Positions 1 to 8,398 of a DNA stretch of 32,000 bases are shown one piece after another. The translations under genes and the position numbers were made by a program. Location of the stretch: NCBI GenBank assembly GCA_028713575.1, contig JAQTOB010000002.1, positions 60,001 to 92,000 on the forward strand, read 5' to 3'. The notes under the pieces are model-generated. The model did not search any database and was not told where the DNA came from. It worked only from the letters and a program-made list of their open reading frames with translations. How positions within the stretch are numbered: the first letter of the stretch is position 1; every line of letters starts with the position of its first letter. The stretch is from Patescibacteria group bacterium. GTDB lineage: Bacteria > Patescibacteriota > Patescibacteriia > UBA2591 > UBA6264.

Positions 1-1
1 T

Positions 2-583
2 TTTTTACACTTGATTCCTGAAGCCCTGGAAAGAGAAGGTTCTGAAAATGTCTTTTTTTGGCTTTTAATCGGATTTTTAATTTTCTTTTTAATGGAACAA
101 TTTTTGCATTGGCATCATTGCCACCGAGTTCCTTCTGAACATAAAAAGCCGGTAACTTATTTAATTCTTATTTCTGACGGCATTCATAATTTTATTGACG
201 GCATGATTATTGCCGGCTCTTTTTTAATTAATGTAAAGATGGGGATTATTACTTGGTTGATTTGCTTAGGTCATGAAATTCCCCAGGAAATAGGGGAATT
301 TGGTATTTTACTCCATGGCGGATGGAAAAAATATAAAGCCCTGTTATTCAATTTTGTTTCCGCCTTAATGATTATTCCCGGCGGGCTTTTCGTTTATTTT
401 ATTTCTCAAGAAATCAATACGACTTTCTTGCTTTCTTTCGCTGCTGGCAATTTTATTTACATTGCAGCTTCTGATTTAATCCCAGAAATAAAAACAGGAG
501 AAAATTTAAAAAAAAGTTTAAAACACTTTTTCTTTTTCATCCTTGGTATTTTATTTATTTTTTTAATTGGCATGATTGAATAG
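2..583 (+). CDS. ZIP family metal (zinc/iron) transporter, C-terminal part; 5' end runs off the window
   Basis: Frame is open from base 2 with no upstream stop in the window. Multi-TM protein with HNFIDGMIIAGSF and GHEIPQEIGEFGILLHGG motifs typical of ZupT/GufA-type ZIP permeases. Confidence 0.8.
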   Translation, partial: FLHLIPEALEREGSENVFFWLLIGFLIFFLMEQFLHWHHCHRVPSEHKKPVTYLILISDGIHNFIDGMIIAGSFLINVKMGIITWLICLGHEIPQEIGEFGILLHGGWKKYKALLFNFVSALMIIPGGLFVYFISQEINTTFLLSFAAGNFIYIAASDLIPEIKTGENLKKSLKHFFFFILGILFIFLIGMIE

Positions 584-611
584 AGGCCAATTTTCCTTTA
601 TTAAAAGTTAT

Positions 612-632
612 TTAATTAATAATAATTTAATA
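612..632 (+). repeat. copy 1 of a 21-nt leader block (TTAATTAATAATAATTTAATA) ending 2 nt before an ATG
   Basis: Identical to 19761-19781, with the same 2-nt offset to the start codon. Confidence 0.8.
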
Positions 633-634
633 TT

Positions 635-1477
635 ATGAATAATGAATTTGAAAACAAAATTTTTGAAGACTTAACCCAAGAACAAATGTTTTCTAAAGCG
701 AAAAAAGTTATTCAAAGAGAAGAAATAAAACCCCGTGATTTTAAGGACCTTTATGGCGAAGATAATGTACAAATTGACGAACAATACGTGGAAAGAATGG
801 AAAGAATATTTAAACAAGAAGAAAAACCGGAACAAAAAAAAATAAATCAGTTGGCGACTATTTTTGAAGCAGTTATTTACGAACATGGTGAATTAAGCGA
901 TTGGTTCGGACCAGACGCTTATATGATTAAATCTTCCCGTTATGATGACATAAAAAACGGCGTAGACAGTGTAATAGAGTTTAGAGAAGATGAGCGCGCA
1001 GCCTCCCATTTGGCTTTGGCCGTTGATGTCACTTTTAGTTCGGATACACAAAATAAATTTAAAAGAATAAAAAAAGAAATTGATAACGGCCAATTGGCTA
1101 AAGTTAAATATTTTTGCTCAGAACATTTGAGTATTAGAGGAGAGTTAAGCCATTTGCCTCGTGTAATAATCGGCGCCGGGGCTAAAACCGTCAATGAATT
1201 AGGAGAATTGTGGATAGAAGAAAAAAACAAAAAATTAGGCAATCATCATATTCAATTTCAGATTTTAGAAGAGATATTAATGCAAATGAAAGCTTTTGCC
1301 AAATATGCCAAAACAAAGAAACAAAACGAAATCGCGGATACTTATGAAAAAACAGCTAAAATGATTGAAAAGATATATCAAAATAAAAAAGAGAATTTAA
1401 AAGACGATGGAGAAAGGGATGAGATTTTTTATCATCTTAAGGATTTGGTAAATTTCTTTGACCTTTTTTCTGATTAA
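635..1477 (+). CDS. hypothetical cytoplasmic protein (280 aa), first gene of the ECF sigma operon
   Basis: Long ORF with ATG start and no TM segments. Only 3 nt separate its stop from the sigma factor ATG. No family recognised by eye. Confidence 0.6.
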   Translation: MNNEFENKIFEDLTQEQMFSKAKKVIQREEIKPRDFKDLYGEDNVQIDEQYVERMERIFKQEEKPEQKKINQLATIFEAVIYEHGELSDWFGPDAYMIKSSRYDDIKNGVDSVIEFREDERAASHLALAVDVTFSSDTQNKFKRIKKEIDNGQLAKVKYFCSEHLSIRGELSHLPRVIIGAGAKTVNELGELWIEEKNKKLGNHHIQFQILEEILMQMKAFAKYAKTKKQNEIADTYEKTAKMIEKIYQNKKENLKDDGERDEIFYHLKDLVNFFDLFSD

Positions 1478-1480
1478 TAT

Positions 1481-2068
1481 ATGGATTTTTCCGACCAGCA
1501 ATTAATAGTTGATTATCTAAAGGGTGATGAAGAATCTTTTAAGATTTTGATTAAACGATATCTTAAACCGATTTATAATTTTGTTTATCAATACGTTAAT
1601 GACCCACAGGAAGCGCAAGACATTACTCAGGAAGTGTTTGTCAGGGTCTGGCGTTATTTGAAAAAATTTAATCAAAAAAAAAATTTTAAAACCTGGCTTT
1701 TTCAAATTGCTAAAAATGTTTCTATAGATTTTTATCGAAAGGCTCGCTTTCATGGAGGAGAAAGAAAAAATATTTCCTTTAGTGATTTTGAAAACGAAAA
1801 AGGGGAAAATATTTTAACAGAAACCATTCCTGACCCCGGACCTTTGCCCGATGAAATTTTAGAAAGAAGCGATATAGGTCAGCAACTGGCGAAAGCGACA
1901 AAAAAACTGTCGTTAAATTATAAAAACGTCATTTGTCTTTATTATTATCATCATTTTACTTTTCAAGAAATTGCCGAAATTTTATCTGCGCCGTTGAATA
2001 CAGTGAAGAGCCAGCATCGCCGAGCCCTATCCATCCTCAAAAAGATTTTAGAAAAAGATTTTAATTAA
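1481..2068 (+). CDS. RNA polymerase sigma-70 family, ECF-type sigma factor
   Basis: Region 2 motifs (QEAQDITQEVFVRVW, FKTWLFQIAKNVSIDFYRK) and a region 4 HTH (FTFQEIAEILSAPLNTVKSQHRRAL). Size of 195 aa fits ECF sigma factors. Confidence 0.9.
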   Translation: MDFSDQQLIVDYLKGDEESFKILIKRYLKPIYNFVYQYVNDPQEAQDITQEVFVRVWRYLKKFNQKKNFKTWLFQIAKNVSIDFYRKARFHGGERKNISFSDFENEKGENILTETIPDPGPLPDEILERSDIGQQLAKATKKLSLNYKNVICLYYYHHFTFQEIAEILSAPLNTVKSQHRRALSILKKILEKDFN

Positions 2069-2144
2069 TGTTATATTATTTAAAAAGGATGCACCAAAAT
2101 GCTTCTTTTTATCGTATAAATAATAAGAGATAATTTTAAAATTT

Positions 2145-2579
2145 ATGTTAAATAATTACGAAAAATTATTTGGTCATTTAAACTCTCAAGAGCCTCCGGT
2201 TAACATTTTTGACCGGATTATTTTGTTGATTCAACAAGAAAAAGAAAGAAAGCGCACGAAAAAGATATTATTTATTTTTTCAATTCTTTTCGTAATTTCT
2301 TTAATCATTACTCCTTTATCATTCAATATCTTCATTAATCAGATTAAGGATTCGGGAATTACATATTTTTTTTCCACTGCCTTTAACGACTTGGATGTCT
2401 TTATTGCTTTGTGGCAAGATTTTTCTTTAGCCATTTTAGAATCCCTGCCACTGATGGGTTTGTTGACTTTTGTTTTTAGCTTGGCCGTTTTTCTTTTTAC
2501 CTTTAGGTTATTTTTCCGCAGAAAAAAACTTTTAATTGATTATTTATTTTCTCATCAACATTTACATAACATTATTTAA
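2145..2579 (+). CDS. putative anti-sigma factor / membrane protein (144 aa)
   Basis: Lies immediately downstream of the ECF sigma gene. Short cytoplasmic N-terminus followed by TM helices. The functional call rests on position only. Confidence 0.35.
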   Translation: MLNNYEKLFGHLNSQEPPVNIFDRIILLIQQEKERKRTKKILFIFSILFVISLIITPLSFNIFINQIKDSGITYFFSTAFNDLDVFIALWQDFSLAILESLPLMGLLTFVFSLAVFLFTFRLFFRRKKLLIDYLFSHQHLHNII

Positions 2580-2598
2580 TTAAATTAACAACAATAAT

Positions 2599-3135
2599 AT
2601 GAACGAAGAAAAACAAAATGAAGAAAAACAAAATGAAAAAAAGGGAAACGACATTTTTAAATGGATAATTGTTGGTCTAGTTGTTTTTCTGGCGATAATT
2701 ATGATTTTTGTCCTCGGGATGTTTGTCGGCGCCAACAGAGCAAAATTTTCCTATAAATGGGCGGAAAATTATCATAAAAATTTTAGTGGACCGCGACAAG
2801 GATTTTTTAATGATTGGCGTCGTCCTCCTATTTTTCCCGATAATTTTATAGAAGGTCACGGTATTTTCGGTGAAATTATCAAGATTAACGACAATGGCTT
2901 TGTTATTAAGGACCGAGGTGACATTGAAAAGGTGGTTTTAACTGACGAGAAGACAATTATTAAAGACAAGATGAAAAATGTAGGAAAGGACGAATTAAAA
3001 GTGGGTGTCAGGGCGGTCGTCATTGGTTCCCCGGATGAACAAGGACAGATTCAAGCAAAATTAATCCGGGTTTTTAATGAGGAAATGACGGAAAAAATGT
3101 CCCGAAAACAGTTTTCTTTGTTTAAACAAGAATAA
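2599..3135 (+). CDS. N-terminally membrane-anchored protein with a beta-rich extracytoplasmic domain (DUF5666-like by recollection)
   Basis: Single TM (IIVGLVVFLAIIMIFVLGMFVG). C-terminal pattern GEIIKINDNGFVIKD...VGVRAVVIGSPDEQGQIQAKLIRVF. In-frame 15-nt tandem duplication at the N-terminus (EEKQN x2). Confidence 0.55.
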   Translation: MNEEKQNEEKQNEKKGNDIFKWIIVGLVVFLAIIMIFVLGMFVGANRAKFSYKWAENYHKNFSGPRQGFFNDWRRPPIFPDNFIEGHGIFGEIIKINDNGFVIKDRGDIEKVVLTDEKTIIKDKMKNVGKDELKVGVRAVVIGSPDEQGQIQAKLIRVFNEEMTEKMSRKQFSLFKQE

Positions 3136-3152
3136 TTTTGGTTATAAAAATT

Positions 3153-5105
3153 ATGATTAAAAAAATATTAAAGGCGATATTTAAACATAAATTTATCACC
3201 CTAATAATTTTTTTTCTTATCGTTGGTGGAATTTATGTTTATTATAAAAAAAACGCCAAAAAAGAAACGGCTTTACAATATACTATTTCTTCAATAAAAA
3301 AAGGTTCTTTGATTATTTCCGTTTCTGGCAGTGGCCAGGTTTCCGCTTCTAATCAGGTAGAAATAAAACCAAGGGTTTCCGGAGATTTGGTTAGTTTAAG
3401 GGTGGAAAATGGGCAAGAAGTCAAAGCCGGCGAATTATTAATGCAAATAGATACGACCAGCGCTCAAAAAGAGGTAAGGGACGCGGAAACCGACCTGGAA
3501 ACCGCCAAACTTGACCTGGAAGAATTGCTAAAACCGACCGATGAATATACTTTAATGCAGGCGGAAAATTCCTTGATTGACGCGAAAGACAGTTTGACAA
3601 AATTAAAATTCACCCAACAAGCGGAATATGACGACCTTTTAAACACTATAAAGAAAGCTGAGGACGATCTGGAAAAAAGCTACGAAGATGCCTTTAATTC
3701 CATCGCCAACACCTTTCTTGATTTGCCGACCATCATTACCGGAGTGAGAGATATTTTATACAGTGAAGAAATAGTTGACGCCGAAACATATTTATCCCAA
3801 ACCTGGAACAAAGCGGCCTTATTGAATTCTATGGATACTCGGGATTATGATAAATATCAAAAAATGGAAGACTTTATTGAACCGGCGGAAACGGCCTATG
3901 CTTCTGCCAGAGAAAAATACGACGAAAATTTTGAAAATTATAAAAACACCAGTCGTTATTCAGAGAAGGAGGACATAGAAAATTTGTTAATAGAAATTAT
4001 TAACACTGTTAAATTAATTTCAGAAACAATAAAAAGAGAAGCCAATATGTTGGATTATTGGGTTGATTATCGCTCACAAAAAAATTTAAAGATTTATAGC
4101 ATAGTGAGTGATTATCAATCTGATTTAAATTCTTATACTTCAAAAACGAATAGCCATTTATCAGGCCTTTTGTCTAATCAAAGAAGTATTGAAGATTGCA
4201 AAAAAACTAAGAGCGAAGCAGAAAGAGATTTGCTGGAAATGGAGCAAAATAATCCCTTAAATTTGGCAGCAACGGAAAGAAACGTTAAAGAAAAGGAAGA
4301 AGCTCTGTCCAAGTTAAAAGAAGAACCTGATGAACTTGAGGTGAGGGCAAAGAAAATCACCATTCAGCAAAAAGAAGATTTATTAGCCGATGCCCGGGAA
4401 TCTCTATTTAATCATTACATTCGCGCTCCTTTTGACGGCATAGTGACAGATATAAATGTAAAAAGAGGGGAATCGGTTTCTTCTTCCACAGCTCTTTTTA
4501 CTTTGATTACCAAGGAAAAATTGGCGGAAATTACCCTTAATGAAATTGATATTGCCAAAGTGATGGTTGGTCAGCCGGCAACGATTGTTCTTGACGCTTT
4601 GGATGATTTGGCGGTAGCGGGAATTGTGGCGGAAATTGACACCATTGGAACAATTTCTTCAGGGGTTGTCACTTATGATGTTAGAATTTCTCTTGATTCA
4701 CAAGACGAGAGAATTAAGCCGGGAATGAGCCTTTCTGCAGAAATCATTACTACGCAGAAAGATGATGTATTATTGGTATTGAGTTCGGCAATAAAGCAGG
4801 GAAGAGACGGGTTGTATGTTCAGACAGTTGAATTAATTTCTGATAAATTAGTTTCTAATAAACCGGAAAATAGAAGTATAATTTTAAATGCTGATTTAAT
4901 CCAAAATTTATCAAATCAGCCAGTTCAAATTGGCTTAAGCAATGATACAATGACGGAAATTTTAGATGGACTTGAAGAAAATGATAATGTAATAATTCAA
5001 ACTATTTCGTCATCTAATGCCAGTAATAATAATCAAATGCGAACCGGAACAGGAATTATGATTCCAGGCATGACTGGCGGCCAAATGAGACAATTTACTC
5101 GTTAA
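3153..5105 (+). CDS. efflux transporter periplasmic adaptor (HlyD/MacA/YknX family) with a greatly extended alpha-helical region
   Basis: N-terminal TM anchor. Lipoyl/barrel-sandwich motifs (VSGSGQVSASNQVEIKPRVSGDLVSLRVENGQEVKAGELLMQID ... IRAPFDGIVTDINVKRGESV) and beta-barrel/MP domains. ATG at 3153 is preferred over the TTG at 3138 given in the ORF track. Confidence 0.85.
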   Translation: MIKKILKAIFKHKFITLIIFFLIVGGIYVYYKKNAKKETALQYTISSIKKGSLIISVSGSGQVSASNQVEIKPRVSGDLVSLRVENGQEVKAGELLMQIDTTSAQKEVRDAETDLETAKLDLEELLKPTDEYTLMQAENSLIDAKDSLTKLKFTQQAEYDDLLNTIKKAEDDLEKSYEDAFNSIANTFLDLPTIITGVRDILYSEEIVDAETYLSQTWNKAALLNSMDTRDYDKYQKMEDFIEPAETAYASAREKYDENFENYKNTSRYSEKEDIENLLIEIINTVKLISETIKREANMLDYWVDYRSQKNLKIYSIVSDYQSDLNSYTSKTNSHLSGLLSNQRSIEDCKKTKSEAERDLLEMEQNNPLNLAATERNVKEKEEALSKLKEEPDELEVRAKKITIQQKEDLLADARESLFNHYIRAPFDGIVTDINVKRGESVSSSTALFTLITKEKLAEITLNEIDIAKVMVGQPATIVLDALDDLAVAGIVAEIDTIGTISSGVVTYDVRISLDSQDERIKPGMSLSAEIITTQKDDVLLVLSSAIKQGRDGLYVQTVELISDKLVSNKPENRSIILNADLIQNLSNQPVQIGLSNDTMTEILDGLEENDNVIIQTISSSNASNNNQMRTGTGIMIPGMTGGQMRQFTR

Positions 5106-5109
5106 AATA

Positions 5110-5814
5110 ATGATTGAACTTTTAAATATCACCAAGATATACAAAACCGTTTCCGTGGAAACAAAAGCGCTTAAAAACGTTTCTTTTAACGTTAAAGACG
5201 GGGAGTTTATCGCCATTATGGGGCCGTCAGGTTCCGGCAAATCAACTTTAATGCATATTTTAGGATGTTTGGATGTGCCGACTAGCGGGAAATATCTTTT
5301 AGATGGTCGCGATGTTTCTCAACTTTTTGATGATGAATTAGCAGAGGTTAGAAAAAATAAAATCGGTTTTGTTTTTCAATCTTTTAATCTTTTGCCGCGG
5401 GCAACAGTAATTCGCAATGTGGTTTTACCCCTTGTTTACTCAAATGTTCCTAAAATAGAAAGAGAAAAAAGGGCCAAAGAAGCGTTATTTAATGCCGGGC
5501 TCGAAGAATCCCATTTTAATCATCTCTCTAATCAGCTTTCCGGCGGGCAAATGCAAAGAGTAGCAATCGCGCGCGCTTTAGTTAACAATCCCTTTTTGAT
5601 TTTAGCCGACGAACCGACTGGAAACCTTGATAGTAAAACCGGAGAAATTGTTTTGGAAGCTTTTCAAAAACTTAATTTTAAGCAAAAACGCACGGTTATT
5701 ATTATCACCCACGAGTTTTATGTGGCAGAACATGCCAGGAGAATTATTCATATTCGTGATGGTTCAATCATTAAGGATGAAATCAATCATCATCAGAGAA
5801 TTATAAAATTGTAA
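5110..5814 (+). CDS. ABC transporter ATP-binding protein, MacB/LolD/YknY type
   Basis: Walker [10 protein letters not shown], signature [15 protein letters not shown], Walker [12 protein letters not shown]. Confidence 0.95.
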   Translation: MIELLNITKIYKTVSVETKALKNVSFNVKDGEFIAIMGPSGSGKSTLMHILGCLDVPTSGKYLLDGRDVSQLFDDELAEVRKNKIGFVFQSFNLLPRATVIRNVVLPLVYSNVPKIEREKRAKEALFNAGLEESHFNHLSNQLSGGQMQRVAIARALVNNPFLILADEPTGNLDSKTGEIVLEAFQKLNFKQKRTVIIITHEFYVAEHARRIIHIRDGSIIKDEINHHQRIIKL

Positions 5815-5816
5815 TT

Positions 5817-7040
5817 ATGAAGTTATCAGATTTATTAAGAGAAACCTATTCCGCCATCTCAATGAATAAGGTAAGGTCTGGACTTACTATTTTAGGTATT
5901 GTTATCGGCATTGGTTCAGTCGTGGCGATGATTTCCATTGGTCAAGGAGCACAAGGCGAAATTGAGGCCAATATTGAAAGTATTGGGTCAAATTTGATAA
6001 TGATTATGCCGGGAATGCAGGCCGGAGTGGGGACCCAGGTCCGTTCCGGTTGGGGCGCGGCGCAAACATTAACCCAGGAAGACGCGGAAGCGATTTTAGA
6101 AAATATTTCCTTAGTGGCGGCAGTATCTCCGGAAATTTCAAAAAGATACCAAGTAACGGCCAAGGGAACCAACACTAACACCTCGGTTATTGGCGTAACA
6201 TCTTCTTATCCGGCAGTGAAAAACAGGGAGTTAGAGATTGGTTCGTTTATTTCCGACCAGCAACTTAAAAATCTTTCAAAAGTTGCGGTGTTGGGACCGA
6301 CCACTCGCGATGATTTATTTGGTGAAGGAGTATATCCCTTGGGCCAAAAAATCAGAATAAACAAGGTGGATTTTATTGTTATTGGGGTGGTTAAGTCAAA
6401 AGGCGGCACCGGTTTCGGCAGTCAAGATGACATGATTTTTATTCCTCTTTCTACTGCCCAAAGATTTCTTTCCGGAGACAAATATGTGACGACCATTAAT
6501 GCTCAAATAAAAGATCAGAATTTAATGACTTTGGCCCAACAGCAAATTACCTTTCTTTTATTGGAACGCCATAATATTTTTGACCCGCAAATGGCTGATT
6601 TCAGTATTTTAAATCAATCGGATATTGTGGAAGCCGCTTCTTCAGTGACCAATACTTTTACCATTCTTTTAGCCGCTATCGCCGGCATTTCTTTAATTGT
6701 TGGCGGTATCGGCATTATGAATATGATGCTAACCACTGTAACGGAAAGAACCAGAGAAATAGGATTACGAAAATCCGTAGGCGCAAAAAATAAGGATATT
6801 AGCTCTCAATTTTTGACCGAAGCCATTATTCTTACTTTTATTGGCGGAGTTATTGGTGTTATTCTTGGTTGGCTTATTTCTTTTGTTATGACAAAATTTT
6901 TTGATATTACCACTGTTATTTCTGTTTTTTCAATTCTTTTGGCCTTCAGCGTTTCCGCTGCCATTGGTATAATTTTTGGTTATTATCCCGCGCATCGCGC
7001 CTCTTTACTTAATCCTATTGAAGCTTTAAGATACGAATAA
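5817..7040 (+). CDS. ABC transporter permease, MacB/FtsX family (MacB periplasmic core domain plus FtsX 4-TM domain)
   Basis: N-terminal TM, large extracytoplasmic domain, C-terminal FtsX-like region (TERTREIGLRKSVGA...YYPAHRASLLNPIEALRYE). Start is 2 nt after the ATPase stop. Confidence 0.95.
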   Translation: MKLSDLLRETYSAISMNKVRSGLTILGIVIGIGSVVAMISIGQGAQGEIEANIESIGSNLIMIMPGMQAGVGTQVRSGWGAAQTLTQEDAEAILENISLVAAVSPEISKRYQVTAKGTNTNTSVIGVTSSYPAVKNRELEIGSFISDQQLKNLSKVAVLGPTTRDDLFGEGVYPLGQKIRINKVDFIVIGVVKSKGGTGFGSQDDMIFIPLSTAQRFLSGDKYVTTINAQIKDQNLMTLAQQQITFLLLERHNIFDPQMADFSILNQSDIVEAASSVTNTFTILLAAIAGISLIVGGIGIMNMMLTTVTERTREIGLRKSVGAKNKDISSQFLTEAIILTFIGGVIGVILGWLISFVMTKFFDITTVISVFSILLAFSVSAAIGIIFGYYPAHRASLLNPIEALRYE

Positions 7041-7067
7041 ATTTATTTTAAATCAAAACCTTAATGC

Positions 7068-7091
7068 CCGGTTAACATTAACCGGACTTTT
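7068..7091 (+). terminator. putative intrinsic terminator after the efflux operon
   Basis: CCGGTTAA / TTAACCGG inverted repeat (7068-7075 / 7078-7085) followed by a T-run (ACTTTTG). Confidence 0.5.
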
Positions 7092-7148
7092 GCTTATTAA
7101 CAAAATAATAAAAATATAGTATTATTAAAATAGGTAAAAAAAATAATT

Positions 7149-7556
7149 ATGACAAGACAACATCAAATTTATAAGTGCGAAATTTGCGGAAACATTGTAG
7201 AAGTACTGCACAGTGGCGCCGGACAATTAGTCTGTTGCGGTCAAGCCATGAAATTAATTGAAGAAAAAGACAAGGATGAAGGAAAAGAAAAGCATTTGCC
7301 AGTTATGGAAATATTGCCGGCCGACGATTGCAAAGTAAGCGATGGAGTTAAAATTAAAATTGGAGAAATTCCTCATCCCATGGAAGAAAATCATCATATT
7401 GAATGGGTGGAAATAAAAACAAATGATAATAAAACGGGTAAAAAATTTTTAAATCCCGGAGATGTTCCGGAAATAAATTTTCATACCCGGGCAAAAATTC
7501 TAGAAATAAGAGTTTATTGCAATATCCATGGACTTTGGAAATTATTGATTGCATAA
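7149..7556 (+). CDS. dfx: desulfoferrodoxin (2Fe superoxide reductase)
   Basis: N-terminal desulforedoxin motif YKCEICGNIVEV...LVCCGQAMKL. SOR centre residues KHLPV, HPMEENHHIEW, CNIHGLW. Near-collinear with Desulfovibrio Dfx as recalled. Confidence 0.92.
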   Translation: MTRQHQIYKCEICGNIVEVLHSGAGQLVCCGQAMKLIEEKDKDEGKEKHLPVMEILPADDCKVSDGVKIKIGEIPHPMEENHHIEWVEIKTNDNKTGKKFLNPGDVPEINFHTRAKILEIRVYCNIHGLWKLLIA

Positions 7557-7559
7557 AAA

Positions 7560-8057
7560 ATGTTTGAACAATTTATTTCGCAATTTTTTTTAATTAAAAT
7601 CGGCGCGATTCAGGCGTATTTACTTTGGTTTTTATTAGGGTCTTTCACAGTTGCCACTCTTTCTGATTTGAAACACATGTCTGCACAGCGAGAATTTTTA
7701 GAGATTTGGGTTTTGTTCATTGTCGCCATGTTGGCCACAGATTTTTATTATCAGGTTTATTTAACTGATAATTTAATTTATCTTTTGATAAAATGGGGCT
7801 TGATAATTATTTTTTTGCCTGTTTATTTTCATTATATCCGTCATGTCGCCTGGGGAGATGTTTTTGCTAAAATGTCAGCTTGTTCTCTGCTTTCTCCTCT
7901 TTTAATTATAATTTTTATTGTTTTAATCAGAATAATAGATTTTATTACCCGGCCTCTTTGGAAAAAACGGGGAAACAACAGATTTTATCCTTTTATGCCG
8001 GTTATATTTTTTACCACTTTAATTCTCATTATTGCTTCTATTTTTATTTTTAATTAA
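7560..8057 (+). CDS. polytopic membrane protein, possibly a divergent A24-family (prepilin/preflagellin-type) aspartic peptidase
   Basis: 165 aa with about 5 TM helices. Two Asp-containing motifs at the expected positions: ATLSDLKHMSAQREFLEIW (compare archaeal FlaK ...QDFRSREIEDYIW) and AWGDVFAKM (compare GxGDxK). Both are divergent. Confidence 0.35.
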   Translation: MFEQFISQFFLIKIGAIQAYLLWFLLGSFTVATLSDLKHMSAQREFLEIWVLFIVAMLATDFYYQVYLTDNLIYLLIKWGLIIIFLPVYFHYIRHVAWGDVFAKMSACSLLSPLLIIIFIVLIRIIDFITRPLWKKRGNNRFYPFMPVIFFTTLILIIASIFIFN

Positions 8058-8146
8058 TTTGAAGCGTAATTTATATAAAAAATAAAAAATATTTGTATTA
8101 ATTCTTTGAGACAAAATAAATAATAAACTAAAAACTATTTTTAATT

Positions 8147-8395
8147 ATGTTTAAAGAGAATTTCTCAAATCGCGAGTTAGACAATCAAATTGACCCTGAA
8201 AAAAAAGAAGGGTTATTTGATTCTTTTCTTCAAAAACCGCCTCAAGAACAAATAAAAATTTTAGATGATGGCTTAGAAGAAATAAAAAGAATTCATGAAT
8301 TAGAAAAAAGAGGGTTATTAGTTGAGAAAAAAAGACCAAAAGTTATTGAAAAATCACCGCTAAAAAGATTCTATCATAAAATCATTAAAAAATAA
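8147..8395 (+). CDS. hypothetical small charged protein (82 aa)
   Basis: ORF with ATG start, abutting ychF (3-nt gap). No recognisable motif. Confidence 0.45.
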   Translation: MFKENFSNRELDNQIDPEKKEGLFDSFLQKPPQEQIKILDDGLEEIKRIHELEKRGLLVEKKRPKVIEKSPLKRFYHKIIKK

Positions 8396-8398
8396 TTT

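Noticed and set aside
671-1242. Antisense ORFs inside the 635-1477 gene (671-886, 893-1093, 940-1242). Similar cases occur elsewhere: 1517-1753, 2677-2859, 3464-3646, 4178-4363, 5010-5240, 5942-6409, 7354-7554, 8151-8339, 9814-10077, 10774-11004, 12611-12796, 14927-15223, 15629-15853, 17524-18050, 19288-19530, 20396-20590, 21099-21296, 25924-26157, 26905-27105, 27501-27692, 30149-30361 and 31038-31235.
   Set aside because: They are shadow ORFs on the opposite strand of well-supported genes. They have low-complexity Phe/Leu/Ile/Lys-rich translations typical of AT-rich antisense frames and no motifs.
2082-2110. Imperfect hairpin AAAAAGGAUGCA-CCAAAA-UGCUUCUUUUU between the sigma and anti-sigma genes, as a possible attenuator.
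   Set aside because: The stem is mostly A-U with a G-U pair and a bulge. The predicted stability is low, and such structures arise by chance in AT-rich spacers. It is not supported enough to call a feature.
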